This document shows positions 27,601 through 30,621 of a stretch of 30,621 bases of DNA, piece after piece. Every line of letters begins with the position of its first letter. The first letter of the stretch is position 1. The stretch is from a virus. Taxonomy: Duplodnaviria > Caudoviricetes. The stretch spans positions 1 to 30,621 of IMG/VR virus record IMGVR_UViG_3300051213_000997. One strand, given 5' to 3'. Below the pieces are notes generated by a model. It saw only the letters and a program-made list of their open reading frames with translations. It searched no databases and was not told the origin of the DNA. Made by a program: the position numbers and the translations under genes.

Positions 27601-27836
27601 AAATCATAAGTTACCAACAGTTCTCCAGTGGGAGACCAAGCGGATAATGCTACAGTATATATTCCAGGATAATTGTACGTGTGTGTTGTTTTATTAACAT
27701 TGTAGTCGCGGTTGCCATCTCCAAAATCCCATGTAGTATTAATATACGAAGGCAGAGAAGTTTTTGTGAATACAAATTCCGTTGAATACACATCACCTTT
27801 TGTTCCTGGATATACTGAAAACTGTAAGGATGCCAT
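24651..27836 (-). CDS. Baseplate wedge-associated protein (gp7/P2 gpI-like position) with a PKD domain and beta-propeller (1061 aa)
   Basis: TWDFGDG...HTYNYPGIYTVAL (PKD); blades ISIDKDFNVWV, ETDRNNNVWA, TIDKNNNVWV, AVDRSNNIWV, AVDVFDRVWI; SDPDTAELSQLHSLAEQL resembles gpI-type wedge helices; directly follows the gp6-like gene. Confidence 0.7.
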   Translation of the reverse strand: MASLQFSVYPGTKGDVYSTEFVFTKTSLPSYINTTWDFGDGNRDYNVNKTTHTYNYPGIYTVALSAWSPTGELLVTYDFINVDYVYRDAIEITNLPKTWDTPGTRSTEPFYVSLTSAKIDQPLSIVLHSINSKSVPYDTTDNKWNFLNSRWRFIDAKYEEVVDGPYLLEDAGPLYKNNIVVAMTATAGFYYIDDSPTITEEQNCPVILLATLSAENFSYPPESLIYPYYSYSNNETVQAATIWQTKNVIPTELKITENYLNDIYYHKWTGIPIPVMITCSFNPSALSTFEYITNVSPTNLFAYPKNNEQGKLSPVDIKLEGYEPSEYVVNNEPLFFQKTDKNGLPSGGYIFTTITPLVSSKGETTSVMASTAAVHTIEKEREFPFPIAYPVDSLAFVAHPYQNNINKIQLASYDNSCAIAKKYKEEGILTDGFINCIEVPKLYTKDTTYFEVSGTSSIYGLSYNPITRILYGADIDKNTICAINAEEQIINTVAISAVTNRLYDTPSYISIDKDFNVWVSLYNSSTIIKYNADLTTVLASATPVLSAYDLIDEEGNSTVEPSVVETDRNNNVWACYSHPLSGLLVKYSSAGVLLTSYAFDYNSVPSSLTIDKNNNVWVTLYEGNKVQCFDTNGKLLSSLSVPKPSYIAVDRSNNIWVLNGINLCSNINTKTASISSWEINTLSKTKTLVSTTYPILSNFSLFYINELKTSDEIWGGLAVDVFDRVWIIDSENNKIGVFSTKTPYEFNVFGVAPQATKNYIIETNKDYTTEISTPYVRSAQANGDWTGNKWYQKYATDFFTTTIQGSSTPFVVRDLNTAFTIAKTNDDFNCASYFKSLALPEILQQNTNFFDVLMPAVVGDGVPGKQDLGKNTYERIANFVTNHSDPDTAELSQLHSLAEQLSVPTRNYGVDFPGEVNYYLSLFSIPRKHLMGTEKMDPEFANTIGPLINLTDSISAGQYIYAKDRRSDFYQLIFTTRTSAQDLVYPLSGLQIEGLRQPLHDNYYFFEYSPQVLGYNSNVIDWSSPYTTLSRTLSSDEIWYGDDEIIDLYFNNLLTKRLFDK

Positions 27837-27838
27837 TG

Positions 27839-29677
27839 TTAAAATTTAATACTATTGGTTGAACTTTCTGTTACGAAGAACTTACTGCTTACGTTTACGA
27901 GGTCCTCAAAAAATAAGAATTCAAACGGTTGTAAAATAATATCGTTTCTTAAAATTGTTTTGTCAAGATCGGGATAATTTGGATTCCAAACAAAAAACGA
28001 CAGGCCTGAAATTTTTTCTCCTGTATCCAGTCTAACTGTGTTGAGTTGAGAAACTCCATCTATTTGAAGCAACTGGCTTGTTAATAAACTAAAATCAAAT
28101 GTATTGCCTAACACTTGAGCTTTGCTGTCAAACAACGTTTGTATTACAGTTGCAACTTCATTGATGATTCCTTGATTTGTTCTGTTACTGCCTGAAGTTT
28201 TGACTATTTCAATTCTGCAAATATCTTTATCTCCTATAACAAATTCTTGAGAAATGGATCCCATTCCAAACGAAACAGATTTAAAAATTGGATCCATAAA
28301 ATTAATTTCCGATGTAAGCATTTTAACCGGATACAATGAACTCAATATTTTTTCTTTTTGAGCAGGCAATAAGTAGTTTAACGAAGAATATTGAGATACT
28401 TTAGGTACAGCACATATGTAAATGTTATTAAAATTGCAAGCATCTGCATATTGAACTTGATTAAAAGCTATTTGTCTAAACGACGTAGGCGAAACCTGCA
28501 TGTCATTAAAATATTTTAAATACAAAGACATATACTCCCAATTATTAAACACTTTAACATCTGAAATAAAGGCGTTGTGATTAATTTTAACGAATGTTTC
28601 AAAGTCTTTTTGTGTAACGAGACGGTATTGACTTTTAAAGTTAGTAGGAGCATTTTTTCTTATGCTGTCAGCTGATTCGATATCGCGAGGAATCGTGGAA
28701 CCAGCAATGTTGTCAAATTTGAGATTTCTAAAAAGAACGCTGTTTATTCCAATAGAAGATTTTTCTTGTTTGACGTCTTTGTAGATTCCGTTGAAAGTTA
28801 CGGTATCAAACACAGAAGCAGAGCGGGAGGTATATAAAGCGTTTGGTCCAACTATTCCTTGAGTACCGGAACTTTGTAGAGAGTATATAACTACTTTATC
28901 TCCGCTTTCTAATTTTCTGCCAGCAATACCATCACCAAATGTAAATTCATACAATGTATCAGAGTTTAATCGTTTTTCATACACCGTTGAATAAGGTTGT
29001 TCTGTGTATAAATTGCTGACTTCTGTATATTGAACCCAGCGTTCTTTTTTGTGTTCGTACACATACACGTGAAGATTGAAGTGATCGATTGATACTCCTG
29101 GTGTGTTGAGAACGAATGTTTCGTTTAATCCTCCTACTGCATCATAAACAGGACTTTCTCTAAATATGCCTTGATACAGTAATTTCGTATTTGATAAATT
29201 TGTCAACTCTAAAGGCTGAGTAATGCCTTTTGGAACGGAGAAAGAAATATCTTCATTGAATGAAAAGGGCATATTACCTACAGTGATGTATGAATATCTA
29301 GGTATTGTAAAGAAACTTCCGTAGTTTTGCAAAACAGCATCAGCTGATACTTGGAACGACAATGTTGAAGTTTGATAACCAACTGGTCTGTAGTCTAATA
29401 ATTTAACAATTCTATTAATGTTTTCATATAACTGAGCTTCAGTAAACATGGACTCAGTACTTGTACGATTCAAATAAAACATTAAAGTGTTGAATGCGTA
29501 CGAAACTATATCAATAATTGAGGCTAAGTTGGAACCTATATAATTTTGGTCAGTGAAAATGTTTTTATCGTTTAACCTTTGAATGATCAAATTTCTCAAC
29601 GAAATAGCATCGAATCCGACATAACTATTTTTGGGTACTGTTGTATAATCTACGGTATTGGTATTTGGTTTAATCAT
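27839..29677 (-). CDS. Baseplate wedge subunit, T4 gp6-like (612 aa)
   Basis: FTDQNYIGSNLASIIDIVSY...ESMFTEAQ...KLLDYRP, YEFTFGDGIAGRKL, ESADSIRKNAP..F.SQYRLVT.KDF; ATGA-coupled to the gp25-like gene. Confidence 0.9.
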   Translation of the reverse strand: MIKPNTNTVDYTTVPKNSYVGFDAISLRNLIIQRLNDKNIFTDQNYIGSNLASIIDIVSYAFNTLMFYLNRTSTESMFTEAQLYENINRIVKLLDYRPVGYQTSTLSFQVSADAVLQNYGSFFTIPRYSYITVGNMPFSFNEDISFSVPKGITQPLELTNLSNTKLLYQGIFRESPVYDAVGGLNETFVLNTPGVSIDHFNLHVYVYEHKKERWVQYTEVSNLYTEQPYSTVYEKRLNSDTLYEFTFGDGIAGRKLESGDKVVIYSLQSSGTQGIVGPNALYTSRSASVFDTVTFNGIYKDVKQEKSSIGINSVLFRNLKFDNIAGSTIPRDIESADSIRKNAPTNFKSQYRLVTQKDFETFVKINHNAFISDVKVFNNWEYMSLYLKYFNDMQVSPTSFRQIAFNQVQYADACNFNNIYICAVPKVSQYSSLNYLLPAQKEKILSSLYPVKMLTSEINFMDPIFKSVSFGMGSISQEFVIGDKDICRIEIVKTSGSNRTNQGIINEVATVIQTLFDSKAQVLGNTFDFSLLTSQLLQIDGVSQLNTVRLDTGEKISGLSFFVWNPNYPDLDKTILRNDIILQPFEFLFFEDLVNVSSKFFVTESSTNSIKF

Positions 29678-30174
29678 CTTGTGCGAGAGGTTTCAGCGAT
29701 AATAAACGTCTGTGTTGTTGTATTTAATGCTCCATTTAACGAAAATTCTGTATTAAAGTTTGGAAATTCCATTGAAAGGATAATGGTGTACTGATTGTCA
29801 TCAGGTATTGGAATTACATTGCAGTTTGTGATTCTTACTCTAGGTTCGAAATCATCAACCGACTTAACAATCTTTTCACCTATTGCTTGAGCGTTAAGTT
29901 TTGTTATCGGTTCAAATAAAAATTGATTTAAATCTAAACCGTATTTAGGAAACAAAAATCGCTGGCCAGGTCTCGTATTGAAGAGATTTTTTAGCGAGTT
30001 TGTTATAGCTTTAATGTCGTAGTCGACCTGAATGTCGTTTGCTTCGACTTTGGTCTGCAATGTGGTATTAAAGTTATACTCCTTTGCAAAATCTAAATGC
30101 AGGTCTTTAAAGACATACGGCTTAATAGCAAACTCGTCTGCTATAGATTTTAAATTTGGTAACTTAATAGCCAC
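29674..30174 (-). CDS. Baseplate wedge subunit, T4 gp25-like (166 aa)
   Basis: FKDLHLDF...AITNSLKNLFNTRPGQRFLFPKYG..L...LFEP...FEPRV; GTG start 5 nt after ATAAATA (30180-30186). Confidence 0.92.
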   Translation of the reverse strand: MAIKLPNLKSIADEFAIKPYVFKDLHLDFAKEYNFNTTLQTKVEANDIQVDYDIKAITNSLKNLFNTRPGQRFLFPKYGLDLNQFLFEPITKLNAQAIGEKIVKSVDDFEPRVRITNCNVIPIPDDNQYTIILSMEFPNFNTEFSLNGALNTTTQTFIIAETSRTR

Positions 30175-30226
30175 ATTATTATTTATTCGAGGCTACTTAA
30201 ATAACAATAAAAAGGACTTTGCCTAA

Positions 30227-30621
30227 TTAGCTGAGGTACACGTCTCCGTCGGTAAATGTGCCATTGTATGTAGTAGATGAACCAGCTTTCTTATAAACAA
30301 ACGAAGTGCCAAGACGAGCTTTGTCAAATTGAACGTTTGCTCTCGGTTCTCCGCCAACGTAAACAAGCATTACGCCCAGCTGGAAATTAGGAGTAGCTAG
30401 CGTAGTTCCATATATTACTTCATTGATGTATGGAGACGTAATTGAGAGAGTCTCATCTGGTTGGCCTACTCCTATTAAGTTTACAGGAGCAGTAGTTGTA
30501 CCTGAACCGAAATAATTTCCTTCTCCATCAGGAGTTGCTGCTGTTATATTCCACGTTTGTCCACCGAGAGGAGGAGGAGTTGGAGCAGGAGTTTGAGTAG
30601 GAGCAGGAGTAGGTTGTGGAG
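30227..30621 (-). CDS. PT-stalk decoration protein, partial at the 5' end (C-terminal ~130 aa)
   Basis: Not in the ORF track. Manual translation gives PQPTPAPTQTPAPTPPPLGGQTWNI...VYVGGEPRANVQFDKARLGTSF...GTFTDGDVYLS*, with the stop at 30227-30229. Confidence 0.8.
   Translation of the reverse strand, partial: PQPTPAPTQTPAPTPPPLGGQTWNITAATPDGEGNYFGSGTTTAPVNLIGVGQPDETLSITSPYINEVIYGTTLATPNFQLGVMLVYVGGEPRANVQFDKARLGTSFVYKKAGSSTTYNGTFTDGDVYLS

Noticed and set aside
27839-30174. Bacterial T6SS/eCIS or tailocin locus instead of a phage
   Set aside because: The T4-type gp6 and gp25, late-promoter motifs, phage-style hsp20 and RNR, and the absence of membrane-complex or housekeeping genes favour a lytic phage genome
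1-30621. Stop-codon reassignment
   Set aside because: The standard code gives near-complete coding density with intact multi-kb ORFs, and TAA, TGA and TAG all appear as gene ends

Overview
AT-rich, gene-dense segment of a large T4-like (myovirus or jumbo-type) bacteriophage genome. It holds a baseplate and fibre module: gp25-like and gp6-like wedge genes, several very large PKD/NHL-propeller/LamG virion proteins, and a repeat-shaft tail fibre with its chaperone. These sit in two blocks that converge at 19094/19095. There are also five Pro/Thr-stalk adhesin or decoration genes (two run off the window edges and are missing from the ORF track), an nrdB-ORF-nrdA operon with class Id (Mn-dependent, NrdAi/NrdBi) signatures, and an Hsp20. 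Most structural genes are preceded by a T4-late-promoter-like ATAAATA, often only 5-7 nt before the start codon and without a Shine-Dalgarno. The most unusual signals are a strong excess of the tripeptide L-S-[A/G/S] in the large virion proteins (a candidate modification sequon), a modular anchor / PT-stalk / swappable-tip protein family, apparently leaderless late mRNAs, and the class Id RNR. No tRNA, CRISPR array, intron, intein, reverse transcriptase or mobile element was seen. All family assignments come from remembered motifs rather than database searches.
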